Source of the DNA: Haplodiscus bocki
Lineage: Eukaryota
DNA length: 64,000 nucleotides
Reading direction: 5' to 3'
Assembly: GCA_965655095.1 (NCBI GenBank)
Contig: OZ296651.1
Coordinates: 117,738,001 to 117,802,000 of the forward strand
Shown: in pieces, positions 1-13,900 of the stretch
How the letters are laid out: every line of letters begins with the position of its first letter
How positions within the stretch are numbered: position 1 is the first letter of the stretch
Notes under the pieces: model-generated
Told to the model about the DNA's origin: nothing
What the model saw: the letters and a program-made list of their open reading frames with translations, nothing else
Databases searched by the model: none
Position numbers and translations under genes: made by a program

Positions 1-1118
1 TTGCTATTTTTCTATTGAAAAAATTTACATGTTCCTTTAAGTGATGCCACGCAAATGGTGCAACTGACTTCCTTCAACATTTTTTCACGTTTCAACGGTC
101 TGAAAGTTCAGTCTTTAGTGAATGAGGAGTATGTTTGGTCACAATTACAATCTTCAATGAACTTTCACTGAATATTAATGGCTGTAAATGCAAAAGAAAA
201 GAGTATACGGATTGAAAACGTGTTAATTCAGGATAAAAATGTTCTTTTATATGACAACCAGTCTAACATGAAAGAAAAATTTTTTTTTAAAAAAACAATT
301 CATTGCACAGACAATGAGAGCAATTCAAAAGAAATGAAACAATCGGCATTTTTTGACTTGAACAAATGAAGTTAACTTGAAGCTACGTAAAACAATATTT
401 CAAGGCAAGTAATCTGTGGAATGTTTCATTTCAATGAGAAGTTCAATTAGCTACAAAAAAACATTAGGCATAAAGTCAATGCTGAGCAAAGAGCAACAAT
501 CATGGGTTTAGCAGTATTCGAAGTTTATGGAAAAACGTAACTGAAAGAAACTAACATACAGAAAAAAACAACACAACATGCCAAATTCAAAGTTTTCACG
601 AAAGACACCGACATTTATTCCAGAAAATCATTTAACTTTGTTAAGAAGTTACAAAAACTAAAAACTCAGATCACTTTAAAGTCGATTCCAATTGTATGCA
701 CAGTAAAACAACCAATAAGTCCCATTTGTTTGCTGCATGATAAAATAGGAATATCTGTTTAATCGAATTTACCGAAAGAAGCCTTCATAACATTGGTCGT
801 CCAAGTTTACCACTACACTTTTTTCTCTCTTTCAGCTGCAAAAGGATGTGATTGCTTTCAGAACCCCAGTCGACAATGAGCAGGTGTACGTATTCTACGA
901 CGCTCTGTTAAAACAGTGGGCATTAAACAGTTACAATTGATCAGAATTTTGTCGGCCACATTATGACAATTTTCCAGTCAACTTTCATAATTTGAAATAA
1001 AAGAACGAGGAAAGGGAAGAAACACGCCATTAACAAAAAATCAAACACAGGGTACCATGTTAGAGACTGCGTTCATTAATCAACAACTACTTCACGAAGG
1101 TTTTGTTACTTGTACTTA

Positions 1119-1879
1119 TCACAGGTCAGAAAAACGTAGTACAGTACCCAAAACTCTTTTCCTTAGAATGTACATCAAGTTGGAAACACCGTGACGAGAT
1201 AAATGCAAGCCATCCATCAAATTCCTCTCGGAGCTCATTTTGCTAGCAACCGACACAAAATTGTATTGACCCGAAGAGTTTCTGAGTCCATCGTTCACCC
1301 TTTTGATATCTAGGAAGCAAGGTTCGGATCTCATGACTAGAGCCAGACAGTATACTCTGTAACACATTGGAGTGGCCAGACGCACGAGGTACATAATGTC
1401 TCGAACCACCTAAGAGTTTACAAATTTTTTTAAGCTGAAGATGCACTTCGTCTGATTTTGTTCAACTTTCTTCAAATTTTGGAGAAAACAAAAAGAAAAT
1501 ATTTTCAGTTGCATTTGAAGGTCATTAATTGGAAAATGTTTTCGCAGGGAAATATTGCCCGCGTATCGACTCATACACAATGCACCCTGATGTTGCAACC
1601 AGTATTTTTCTAAAACGTTTTCAGTCGCAAGCAATTTGACATTGTGTGGAATAAATTACTCACTTGCTCAGGACTCTTTCCCCGTTGTCTGCCCCGGCTT
1701 GTAAGTCCATTTCCCCCGATGAACAGAATGATTGATTCATAAAACGTTGTTAGGTTTCTTAAACAGTCAATTACCCCACGGCAAGATGCCGTGGCACCAG
1801 GGAAGAACTTCACTTCCAGGTTTTCGTGCTTCCTGGCAAGTCTTCTTCCAAGAGAATCAGCTATGATAAGATGTTTCAT
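1119..1879 (-). CDS. Two-exon SGNH/GDSL-hydrolase-like protein (~168 aa): exon1 1879-1664, exon2 1409-1119
   Basis: SGNH blocks IIADSL, FPGA, IGGNG and DGLHLS are split across two ORFs. A phase-0 intron with CAA|GTGAGT donor (1663) and CTCTTAG|GTG acceptor (1410) joins them in frame. Both sites are kept in copy 2. Confidence 0.75.
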
Positions 1880-2755
1880 TTCGATCTGCAGAACATTGAA
1901 AAGCAACGACAAGGGGCGATGACAAAAAAAAACGACAAATAATGATTCCAACAGCATAGGTACACTATGATGGAACACACAAAACAATTGTCATTAGCAT
2001 TATGTTGGAGTATAAAACGCAAGAGCTGAAAATAACTTTGTTCAAAAAGCTCTAAATATTTATTTGCTCATTTGAGTATGTCTGCTTTTTGGTATAGAAT
2101 TAACGTTTTACCAAGTGTTTCACCTTGCGGTCGAAACAGGAAGAAGTACAGGGCTTTTATCATACATTATCTGGGAGTATATCGTTATTAGGACAAACAA
2201 AAAAGAAAGTGTTCGACAAGCATACGCTAAAAATGCAGTGCAAAAAGTTAAATTTACTAATCAATCAACTTTAAATACAGTGGGCAATCAGGAACGTTCA
2301 TTGTTAAGGTGCAGTTTATGAAAACCTAATGTACCTATTTTAAGGTTCCAAAAAGCATGTTGTGCAGCAAAGTGCAGCATGGAAAAGTGCAGCAAATTCT
2401 TTTCCGCAAATGAATAATGTCGAGAAAGTTTTGTATTAAGCTTACTTAAACGTTAAACTCAATGGAAAAGAGTACGTTGGCTAAATATTCTGCAGACTAC
2501 TCTCAAAGACATCACAAATCGAACAATTGAATTGTTGTAATTAGCAAGAGAAACAACATTTAGAATTAACAAATTCAGCGTTCTTTAAACGCAACAAAAA
2601 GCAAAAACACACATACGAAAAACTTCATACGTGCACCTCTCGAAACCACCGGACAAATTGAAGATATACGTTGGACGTTCAAAAATTCACTTCATGTGTT
2701 GATTAAGTAATGAACTTTATGTTTTTTTGTGAAAGGGCATTCACTTCGTCACATT

Positions 2756-5700
2756 TCACATCTGCTGTTGACAATGCATTCGGGAGGAGATGTTCTTCTT
2801 TCTCAAGTTAAGCACTTTAGTAACTGCCTCAAGCCACTGTTTTTCAAAAAACCTTATTCGATCCGTTGAGCTGCTTGAAAGAAAGCCGGTCACATAAGCA
2901 CACAAAACCCAAGGTCTTCGAGAGGGATCCTGTGTGAATGATGCTCCCAAGCCAACATTATGTTCACGAATTCGTCGATTGAGGCACATTGTTGAACCAA
3001 TATATAACAAGTTGTTTTGGGGGATGCTCTGAATAAGGTAACAGTAGCCAACATTCTCCTGCGGTATACTGATGGTTGATGGAAAAGGGTTTGTAGCACC
3101 ATGGAAGATCGTTGGGTCACGGGAAGAACACTTCTGGAGGATTTCGGTACTCAGCTCCGACCACTGTGACTTTTTACTCAGCAAACTCAGGATGGCTCCT
3201 TCGTTGGACTGCTTCAATCCCACGAAAGTGATGTCCACCAGTGATCGAACACGACTCATTACTACGTATAGTTGCTCTGGCAACCAAAGCGAAAACTCTT
3301 GAGCTCCAACAATCTGCGTAGCAACTGTTGGGAGTGTTTCGCCCATAGTTTTATGGATAGTTGACGCCACGTACAATTTGAGGGGGAATTGGATTCTGCG
3401 ACAAATAGTCCTGTGGTTAAGACGAATGTTCACTCCAATTTCTTTTGCAAGGACAATACATCTCCAGGTACTTCGTATTACAGAGACTGGTGGAATAGAT
3501 CGGCAACCAGCAGGTGCCAAGGCAACAGTTACTTCCGTTGTCAGCCAATGGGTCCAGGGAGACCAAAACACAGAGTTGTCCTTGGAAAGCCATCACATTT
3601 GGCTTGTTCACGGTGAGTCGGAGAATTGCTCCGGGGAACAGAAACAACGATTGTGGCTCCAAACATTTCTTGTTTAGAAACTTTGTTACCGCTCCAGAAG
3701 CTTCTATCCAGTTGTCCGTACTTGACACGCACATTTCAACTGTCGATGAACTTTCATGGAACTGGGAACCACTGTCTTTCACTTGATTAATATTTTCAAC
3801 GTCGCATATCTTTCTGCTTTGCGAGTAGCAAAAATTCGAATTGCATCATTTGGTACGTCATCACAACATTCTACGAAATTGCAATTTCGCTCGATCAAAT
3901 TCCAAATTTGCTTTCCCATGGCAGTTGTTCTGGGAAAAGTTGACATGAGTGACAAAACTTTCTGCCCTGTTTCATTTTGCATACGCACAAAGTGCTGGAG
4001 GAAACTAAAATGAAAAGTCGTTAAAGGGAATGAAGAACTGATCAGACAACTTCCTTTTGGTGGAAGTTGAAAAAAATCTCCTGTTGCAATGATTAGTTTC
4101 CCAGCAAATGGCACGTAGTTCGAGCAAATGATTTGGAAAACGTGGTCCGTGGCCGCCCAAAGTTCACTAGAGATCATCGAAATTTCTTCAACGAACAATA
4201 CATCCAAATTCTGGAGAAGCCGACTTTTGTCCGGTGATTTCTGCAAGCTGGACAAAGCTACTCGAGACAAAGAATTAACAGTTCCATTTTTTTCCACCGG
4301 GAAAGGAATAAGAGCGTTCAGATGCTTCCCACCTAAAGCAGCCGACCTTTCGGCCGCCAGCGAAGTTACCATGCAATTGAGTCCTTGACATATTGCATAA
4401 CTCAGAGCTCTCAACATGATGAACGTTTTTCCCGTTCCTGGTGCCCCTGCAATGATTTGATGTCTGACGAAATTTTGTGTTCCTCCTCTGTACAAGTCCA
4501 CCATTTCAACTAAATGTTTCAAAATTTCACTCTGTTCACAGTACGACTTCACTGTCTGGCCAGGATGTCTACCAAAGTCCGGTTTCCAAACAATGGGTGC
4601 AGTTAGGGAAGCGTCTATCATACTTTCTTCGCTTGGAAGTCCCATTTGACATGTGTGTAAGAACTCTACCAATCTACTCTTGTTCATTGTCAAATCTACA
4701 GCAACATTTTCTTCGGAGTCGGCAGAGATAGTGCGATCCAAAACAACTGGTACCCCGGATGCAAAATACAAATTGTTTTCTAACAGTGCCTCTCCTAGAA
4801 CGCTATTTGCCATCAACAAAAACTTGTCAATGAGTTTAGAGGATCCTGGCACGAAGCGGAGCTGTTGCAGTAGGTACCGGCGAGCTAGTTGAAGGACGAC
4901 TGCTACAGTAATGTTGTTACGCTCGACCAGTTTGGCAGCTACAAAAGCTTCCCTGAAAGAGGAAACAGAGAGAATGTCCAGTTCGGTGTCAAACGAACCA
5001 AAAGTTAGTACAAAGTGCAACAAGAACTTTGTTGGACTACTGGGCAGATTATTTGTGAAAACCACTATGGCTTTTTGATCTGAGAAACAAAGATTGTACG
5101 CTACTAGTCTGGGGCAACTGTTGGTTCCTTGCAATTTGGGGACAATGTGTTTGCGGCACTCCTCTTTCAAAAATTCGTCCCTCGGCTTATCACTTCTTGT
5201 TGCACAGAAATCAAGAAAATCGAAGATAGCGGGTGGGCGTATCTTGATGACGTATCCGAGGCAATCAACCCAAAAGTCATTACACGATGCACGGCTCAAC
5301 AAAATCTCATGACTACTTTTCCCTTTCGAAATGTTGTTTTTGAGTCTAACGAACCAACTGAAATAACTTTTCAAACTGCTGACAAAGAGAAGCTCCGGTG
5401 GTCTCAGCCCAAAAATGGTCACTTTGTCAGGCGTAATCGAACTCGCTTCTACATCTGCCAACAACAATTCTTGATTTTTTGTTAATTGTCGATGTTTTGG
5501 AAGCTTCAGGACGTTTTTCCGAATTCGAACAGCTTCGGCAAAAACAGCACTGATGTTCATGGTGCTCGCAGTATATTTTTCTATCACTATTCCTGATCTG
5601 AACTCTTTGGGAACTGTTGGTACATGAATGAAATCTATGTTTGTGCAAACGTACGGCAATTGCAAAGCCCATCACAAGCATTCAGTTATGCTAACAATTC

Positions 5701-8700
5701 TGCCCGTTACAGATTTGCGTTTATCATCATCCTGACGTTTTTTGGTAACGCTGGTTTGGACTCCGGCGATTTTTTCGTTCACAATAGGTTCTGTTTGGAC
5801 TTTCACTTCATTCTCACCAGCAGAGGCTAATATCTTTGTGAACGCCCGACCTTCCACAGCGGCAGCATACTTTGCAACGTATCGTGAACACATTTCGTCG
5901 TCACAAATTTGGACGTTCGTACTGCTTTCCGTGAAAGCAAACAACGCAGCATTTGTTGGTGACATGTGTTCATTGTAAGCAGCAGGGTAGTGATGTTTTC
6001 CAGCTTTAAGTTCTTCTTCAACTTTGTCTGTTGAAGAGTTAGGGTCAATATAGGACAATTTCATGCTTCTCAACAAGTCCCAAGTTTCTTTCGAGTAATT
6101 AGGTTGTATTTCTTTAAAGAGAACCCAACTGATGCAGGATATTTAGGTACCCTACACACTGTCTTTCCCAACCAATCAGTTTTCTTTTTACATCTATTTT
6201 TTCCCTTGCCACAATCGTGCCGTTGGCATTTTTGGAAAAGTTCTCCCAACCGGAACCGTTCGCTATCCGATAACGCTGGACAGCATTTGCTTAAGGCGCC
6301 CATGAATGTTTCTTTTGAACAGCAGACTCGGGATTGAACTTCCGGACCAAACTTGTTTTCTCCGGTACCCACTAGTGCATGGATGTGTGGAAAGGCCGAA
6401 GTTTCGTCTTGCCACTCGTATCTCATCCATAAGTGAGAGATTGGTCCCAAAGGTTGCTCGGCCGAACATTTCAACCATTGCATTACATACTGTGAGGCGC
6501 GATGCCAACATCTAAGCATAGGCATTAATTCACTTTGTATTACAGATAATCTCAGTTCTTTGGATGTCATATCGGGCGGGTAAAGTTTGTCAATAGCCTG
6601 AAAAATTTTCCGCAAGCCAGGGTGAGTAGATTGCCCACATGTGTATGTTACAAAATAAGTGGGGTTTTTATCTCTAATGAGTGCTGCTACTTCGCACACA
6701 TTTTTCCGGGATTCTGCACAATCAAACTTGAACGTTTGATCGGAAAAGTACTGGTAATTAGTAGGCGTACTGCCCAATTCTTGCCAGCCTCTGTTCAACA
6801 CAATTCGAATATCAGTTTTACTCAGTTGTAAGTTTAAAAGACAGTCAAAAACGAACTGAAGATATGATGTGTGACTGGAGGTTAAAAGCGACCCGTCAGT
6901 GATGCGAGTTCGTAGCATGTTCTCTAACCCTGCAAACCCCACTTGTTTGTTGTATCTTTCGGATTGGAACAGGGATATTGGAATTGCTCCATCAATGCTG
7001 CCATCGTAACTTTGGGACCAGAAAATAGAAGGAAAAAGCAGCCCTTCCGGTTGAAGCAAAGGCGTTGATGATGTTGAAGAAGCTGTAATGTTTTCCATGA
7101 AACGTTTCTCCTTAACGGTCAGGGAAATGGGATGACTTTTTTTCCTGTACAGTAAGTTGCATCGAGAATTCAACAGTATGTGGAGAGGAATATTGTAGTC
7201 TTCTTCTCTGAAAGCCTCTTGTACAGCAACAATGGCCCTTTCACCGGAACACACGTTCAATTTATTCATCGCCAATTCACTTTCGCTGATCGAGTTTGCG
7301 TTCATGTTGTTGCACAAAAAAGAAGCTATTGATGATGAACTTGAGTTTTGACTTGAACAGTTGATGGATAGATCTGGTTCAACAACGCTTTTGTCCTGCT
7401 CACATAAACTACCCAAGTTGGAATTCAGTTCACACTGTGTAGCAATGATTGCAGCTTCAGCGGTCGGTTTTTCAGGCGTTAATTTTTGTTCTGCTGTAGG
7501 TCGAACTAAAACTCGTAAGTTTGGATGTTTCATTCCCTCGTCGAAGTGTTTCTTACACACACAACTGTTGCATTTTGAGTAGGCACATCTGAGGAATGAT
7601 GACCTTCCACATCGACAGAAGTAGTTGCTACGTCGGAAGTCCCTCGTTAACGGAACATCATGTTTGTCACAAATGAAAATTCCTTGACCGGTTAAATTAC
7701 TAAGATAGTGCCACTTTACAGTCGACACCTTTTTAGAGTTAGTTCTTCGGTAGATTAAAAAAGTCCAGTAGCCTCGTAGAAATTTTTCTAGTAAGGTCTC
7801 AGGTGAGTCCAACAAAGGTTCAGCAAACTTGTTAGCTTTCACTATACGCCAAACATTGCAGAAGCGACCACCGTGCCGAAGCAAAATTACAGCATCTGTA
7901 CCCCGAGAACCACAACCACATCCCACAAGCTCAAATTGGACATCAAATAGGAAGACGTTGAGAGGTGGGTTGACCTTGTTCCTCAGATTATTTACATCAG
8001 TTGTTGTAGCGATCACGTGTTTCGTATCCACGGTAACGTCGCGCAGAATTTTCTCAGTTAATTCTTTTCTTTGGCTCAACTGAAGATGGCATAAGTCAGC
8101 ACATAATGCGTGCAACACCAAGCAACCCGCCTGAAAAAAGTTTGAAATCATGTTTGGCTTGTCATTGTTAGTCGCCGCGTTATTCAATATACTGTCAATG
8201 TCAGCTTGAGCTTGTGAAATACGCTGCAACTTGCTTTCTTTTCCAAACCGAGCAAATGTATGACGCAACAGTGAAAACAAATTTGTTGCGAAAACGTGAT
8301 TAACGCCAGACACCATGGATGAACATAAAAATGGAGATATGCAGCAAGCTGCTTGAAGAAACCAGAGTGTATCGCCAGTATCATTGATCAGAGGAGGAGG
8401 TGAGCAACCATGTTCATTGTTTGGTTGAGCCAAAGCGTAGCACTGAAGAAATTTCACATTACTCAAAAGTTCTTGTTCGTTTTTGTCCATCACCTTCGTC
8501 AATCGAATGCAGGTGTCAAGATCTACGCCGACATGCTCCGCCATTTTTTCATTTTCCGGCTGATATTGAGAGAGATCAGTGGCGACATCTTCAATCAATT
8601 TACCTTCAACAACCCATTGTCTAATTAAAATGGGAATATCTGACCTGAAAAACATGGCGGTTCCTTCAGCTTGGAACAAACGGTTGCTAGTGATGTTCCA

Positions 8701-10726
8701 ACGCCGTTTACGTCTCAATGAAACAGTAATCATACCACTATAAGACCCAACGCTCCGAAACAGTTGATAGGTGTGGCTAGCATAATTAGCCTTTAAGCTA
8801 CTCACAAACGACAATGAAGGTGATGCAATGGCTAATCGTTCCTCAAACAAAGTTGGAATTCGTCCCAGCTCCGGATGCCTGGGGGGATGCAAGAACTGTA
8901 ACGCACATCCCCTGTCATGCGCAGAACAAGTTTGCACAACCAAACCTTCTTTCTCATGTAACCAAAAAATCGACTCTGGCGCCTCTGAGTTTTTTGAATG
9001 CAGACGCTTGGAATTATTTGAAAGTTCTGTCCACCAAGTTTATGAAATGTTGCGCTGGTATGTACCCAGGATCTTCGATAAACGTCCAACAACCAAAAGG
9101 GCAACGTATGTCTGGATACGGTTCCAAGTCCAAAGCTTCAGCCATTTCTTTTTGTCTCATTGTTCTCATTAGTTGCTCGAAACGTTTCAATCTCTGTGTT
9201 CCATCAACAGTACAAGTGCCAAGAATACGCGGCCGATTTAAAACACGCTGGATGCAGATAGGGAAAAGGGTAATTACCCCTAGCCAATGTTGCCTTATTT
9301 CCAGGGGTAACAGCGAGCAAATAGCGACTAAAGAAGCTTCGGGTCTGGAAGTATCAGAAAGGAGCGTGAAAAAAACAGCTGGCCAAGCCATTTGCCAGTT
9401 AACATTTGGTGCAGTACAATAGTTATAACAGAAACAACACAGATGTACATTTTCGTTTTTCAGCTTTTTGCCGAACTTTCTATTAACCAATCCAACTTTG
9501 CTGTAGGCCTTAAGGTCGAACGGAAAATATACCGTGGCTTGACGCATGCACTTGCAACAAATGTTGGCAGCATCGACAGTATCTGTCACAACCAATTTTG
9601 AATCGATTTCAACGGTTGATTCTTCAGTCGATTTCGGTGGTGGTACAAAGTTTTCAGTTAATTTCAGGAAAATCTCATCAGTCAACTCACCTCCAGGCAA
9701 TCTGTGAAATTGATGTTGTCGATGTTCCACAGCAGTTGGAGGACGGCCTCCATTTTGCGTTGTAGTTTTTTCTGCACCACAAAGAGCTTCCGCCAAACAA
9801 AAAGATGTCACAGCTGTATTAGTTTCTCCAATGTCGATCAAATGTGTGCCGACTGGATAATCTGAAATCCGTCTGCGCTTCTGCAAGGGCTCAGTTTCAT
9901 CAAGTGCTTCAAGTGCTGTCTGGATTACGTGGCAGTCAGTATTCATTGCTGATTTTCCACATTGACTACTCGAACCAGCTAAATCTTCTGATAGGAGTAA
10001 TGAAGTGTGGCATGTTTCGGTCAAGCCACTAATTACCTCAAAGTGATCTCCAGTTCGCGTTTGTTGAATGAAAACTCCTTGTCTGTCATTTGAGCAGTCG
10101 CATTTGTAAACGAACCAACTTTTCAAAATATTGTGGTATACATAAACGTCCAATTTAAAAATTTGACAAAAGGTATAAATTTCCACACAAGTGCCAAAAA
10201 CTCCATTTTCTGCCATTCGCGATGTCTGCAGGTAGTGGTTGACAGTTGGGCTCGTGAGAAGTTTGTTCTGGTTGGGGAACTCAGCGGAATAGATTGAGGT
10301 TTGCAAACTTTTTTCCGGAAAAGTCACCGAGTCCATGTTACTCACAATAAGTTTCCTCAAATCATGACCACTTTCATGAGAAAAACCGAGGGCAACGCCC
10401 GGGGCAGTGAAAAGACAATTACCATCACCCGTTATAGAAAGACTGTGCGAGGGTTGAACAGAACTGAGGCGAATGTTAGTTTTATTCCCAATTATGCCGC
10501 TTGTTGGGGAACAGGATAGTCCCATCGCTTCCAACGTTGATTCTAAGTGCAGGGCATCAACAGAGGAGACCAGCAACTTACTGTCAGGTATACTGTACAA
10601 AATTCCTAATGGTTCGCTAGTTGAAGAAACATTGTCGGTGTTATTTGGACAGGAGTGATTACGTTCAGTGAAGCGTCCACATTTTGCACAGCGACGTCTT
10701 TTCAAATCATTCTTGCCAGATGGCAT
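2756..10726 (-). pseudogene. Disrupted RepHel polyprotein (OTU - Cys-rich - HUH Rep - PIF1 helicase - GIY-YIG), family B copy 1
   Basis: Fragments 10753-9014, 8943-6070, 6076-5672, 5665-3779, 3782-3417, 3571-2756 are colinear with the 2673-aa family A protein. Motifs: GDGNCLF and GDHFE (OTU); EWQDETSAFPHIH and YVAKY (Rep); GAPGTGKT, EEISM, GDFFQLPP, QLYVVMSRV (PIF1); GYCYL..YIGST..RRIREHN (GIY-YIG). Broken by stops, frameshifts and deletions. Confidence 0.9.
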
Positions 10727-10906
10727 TACTCTTTCACAAGAAACTTCGCGCAAAAGTTTATCAATAACTCATCTTCAATAGTGAATACATTGTAAAGAGT
10801 GGGCGCCATTATAGGACCAACGTACAAAACTTTCAAACTGTTCAATTAACGGTAGCATCTAATGAATTCGAAAAAATCGGTATCCAGAAAAATATATGCA
10901 ATGTGG

Positions 10907-10944
10907 GCCTTGGTTTTGCGCAGTTAACGAAGCAAAACCAAGGC
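10907..10944. repeat. Perfect 13-bp inverted repeat upstream of family B RepHel
   Basis: GCCTTGGTTTTGC-N12-GCAAAACCAAGGC; stem identical at 62058-62095. Confidence 0.8.
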
Positions 10945-13900
10945 ATTCATCAGAGAAAGAAAACAAACAGGTATTTACTCGTAGAGGCGGCGATGTAATG
11001 AGTGTTAATTGCGAATCTTGTGTTGTTTGAAAATCGTATATAAGAATTTATTTTCCGTTCACCCATACAAGTGGAACGCATCCCGATGTTACGGACTCCC
11101 GTCAATTAGTAGTGTACACGGCGAGTTCGTTGAATTCGAAAGTTTTTTCCCCAATCCTCAGTGAAAGAGACTACAATGCACATCACAATCGTTCTTAGAA
11201 GCCAACAAGGTTCAGTTGGAAAAACCAACTGAGAACGCATGAGTGTTGAGCGAACTCATACGAATTTCCAAAGGTGTTTCGGAAAAGTGTGCACTTTAGC
11301 AGGGCTGCAAGTTAACGCGAAAAGAGTAATCATGAAAAATGTGGAGGCAAGAAATGGAGAAAAAATAAAGTTTTTCTGAGATCTTACTACTAATTCAGGC
11401 AAACTGAAATTATGCCCTTTTGTTTATGACTGAAGTCTGACATGACGTGAAAAATGATACCACAAAAAAACATCGTCATGTAGAAAACCGGAAAGCCTAA
11501 CAAATTAGAGAACTATGTTTGAAAGATTCTCACCATCTTGTTTTTCTCTTGGGAAAATCTTGGCTTCCAAAATCATTGCATTATAAGGAAATTATGAAAT
11601 CTAAAAAAACCGGGTGATTTAGTTGAGAAAACAATTGCTCAGAGCAGCGGTTGATCAATAAAATATCAGTCAATAATGTCGACAGCGATTATGTATATGC
11701 TAAAAATAAAACATTCAACTTGATTATTGTACAAAACAGATGGGATTTTTGAAAGTTTGAAACAAGAAACAGCAAGAGGCCGTCTTTTTCCCCCGCAAAA
11801 CAACATGTTAACAGTTAAACCTTGTCAAAGTTTCATTTGAACAACTGAAGAATGTAAACATTCAGTATTTACCGAAAGTTATTGAAATTGCCGTCAAAGA
11901 GAAATCGTTTTCTGATAAGTGCGTCCCAAAGTTGATCCACAGTCAGATGCGTGGTACTTCCATGCCAAAGATAACACACAGTTTGCTATAAATGTTGAGG
12001 CAGTACTTTTCATCAATAAGTATTTTCCGCAGCTTTTTCGGTAATATCTGCACAAAGCGCGTCCGAATCCAAACAATGTTGTCGGAGAAGGCACTTTTTT
12101 GCGGTCAAAACTATTGAAAATATGATATGAATTATGGCTATTCGATCTTGAATTTGGTTCCAACAATGGTAAAAACGATTGAGTGGTTGATCACATGGAA
12201 GATGAAACGAAACTCACAGGCAACACAAACATGAAGATTTTTCAATAGCAGCAAAAACACGATGAAATGACGCACACAATAACAAGTTTGTCAGAAACCT
12301 TTAGGTAATGTAGTTCTGCGAACATGCACGTTAACACTCTGTAGCTTTTAGGCGGTAGATGGGTAAAAAATTAATGAAAACAATTTCTCTTCCGTAGCAA
12401 AACCATTAACATGCTCAAATTTGAGGAGCCCGTTGACCCTGTTCGTTCAATGCCAATCATCTTTGGGATCCATCGGTATAAATTTAAAGTTACGATTATG
12501 TTGTACACTTTTCAATTTTTCTTACGTTTCTCATGCTTCATGAGTAACATTAGCAATTCATGTACGATGATAACAGCGGAGTTCCCCTTTGCAATTCAGA
12601 AATTGTGGAAGAACACCTAGTACTCAGGCAACGATTGTTACAAACAATATCCAGCATTCTTCGTCTACGAAAACGTCATTTAAAAAAATTACCCAAAACA
12701 ATTGGCTCAATTTGTCGACAGAAGCCATACGATGTTGACCATAGTCAGTTGAGACTTCAGTGAGTCACGATTCACAATATGAAAAGTTCAAACGATCGAA
12801 TGACATGAGAAAATTATCTATTTCAGAGGGTTCAAATGAGGGATGGGAAATTGGCAATGTCGAGTTGACGCTAAAGAAATAATGATTCCATATCAAAACA
12901 CTTTATCCAAAAACTAACTTCGGCATGAGTTCAGAGGAATAACACGTTGCCATATTTCGCTCAACGGCGGATATTTTTTTTTGACAACGAGAAGCATTTT
13001 TTCACAGAAAAATCAAAACTTATTTTGAAAGAAGTTCAAAACTCCGATAAGTAGGCTTCAAAACCAACCAGATATATTCTTCCGAAAAACTCAGATAAAA
13101 GAATTTGTGAAACGCAAACAATTTTTGAACGGTCTGTAGAGCAGTAAAATCTTCAAAATCGGAAACACTCAAAACCGACATCAACAGTAGAGAAGCATCG
13201 TTTTAACTCTACACGTTACCTCCACATATTGTTAAAGTTGCTTCCACTAAAAACATTTCATGTTGACAAAAGCTCAAAATGTAGAGAATCGAAGTACTGC
13301 TTTCACAACTTCATAAATGGAAGGCAGATATTTAATCGACATCAGTACTGATCCGCCATCAAATTGGCCTTCATCTTGTCATAATTTATGGTTGACGATT
13401 ATTTTATGAACACAACTGTCTCAATTCAATGATGATTATGACCAGTAACTTTTTCTCATGTTTTTATTTTCCGGAAGCATCAAACATTCTATATATGTTT
13501 TGGACGACGCATGAACAATATTGTTACATAGTGGATGAAATGTCATGGCGCAGAACTTCTTTTTCATAAATTTGTCTAGTACAGAACACCTAACTGTACA
13601 TTTTCATTTTTTGAAAAAATCAACTGATGTGAAATAGCACACAAAACCTATATTGTTCCTCTGAAGCACAAAAGAAGGCAACGAGAACCAGCAAGAAATG
13701 CTTCAAGTACATGACTCATTACGCAACCAAAAGATTTCTTTGAAAAAAGTGGATTCAATAAATGGAACGGAACAGTACTGAAAACGTCCATTGTTATGGA
13801 AGCCGGTAACGGGTAGGTCTGTGGAGTTATATTTTAATTCAGCAGCTGATAAAGTGGAAAAATTGTTACTTTACTGTTCTGAGCTGACTTCGGGAAAAAA

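Noticed and set aside
836-940. Small plus-strand exon-like frame (LQKDVIAFRTPVDNEQVYVFYDALLKQWALNSYN), open in both B copies
   Set aside because: Only 34 codons, no start or partner exon found; persistence is expected from overall copy similarity.
10900-10945. NQGP on the minus strand as a degenerate 2A in family B
   Set aside because: Lacks the (D/G)(V/I)E and NPGP core and is not joined to the RepHel frame; explained by the inverted repeat.
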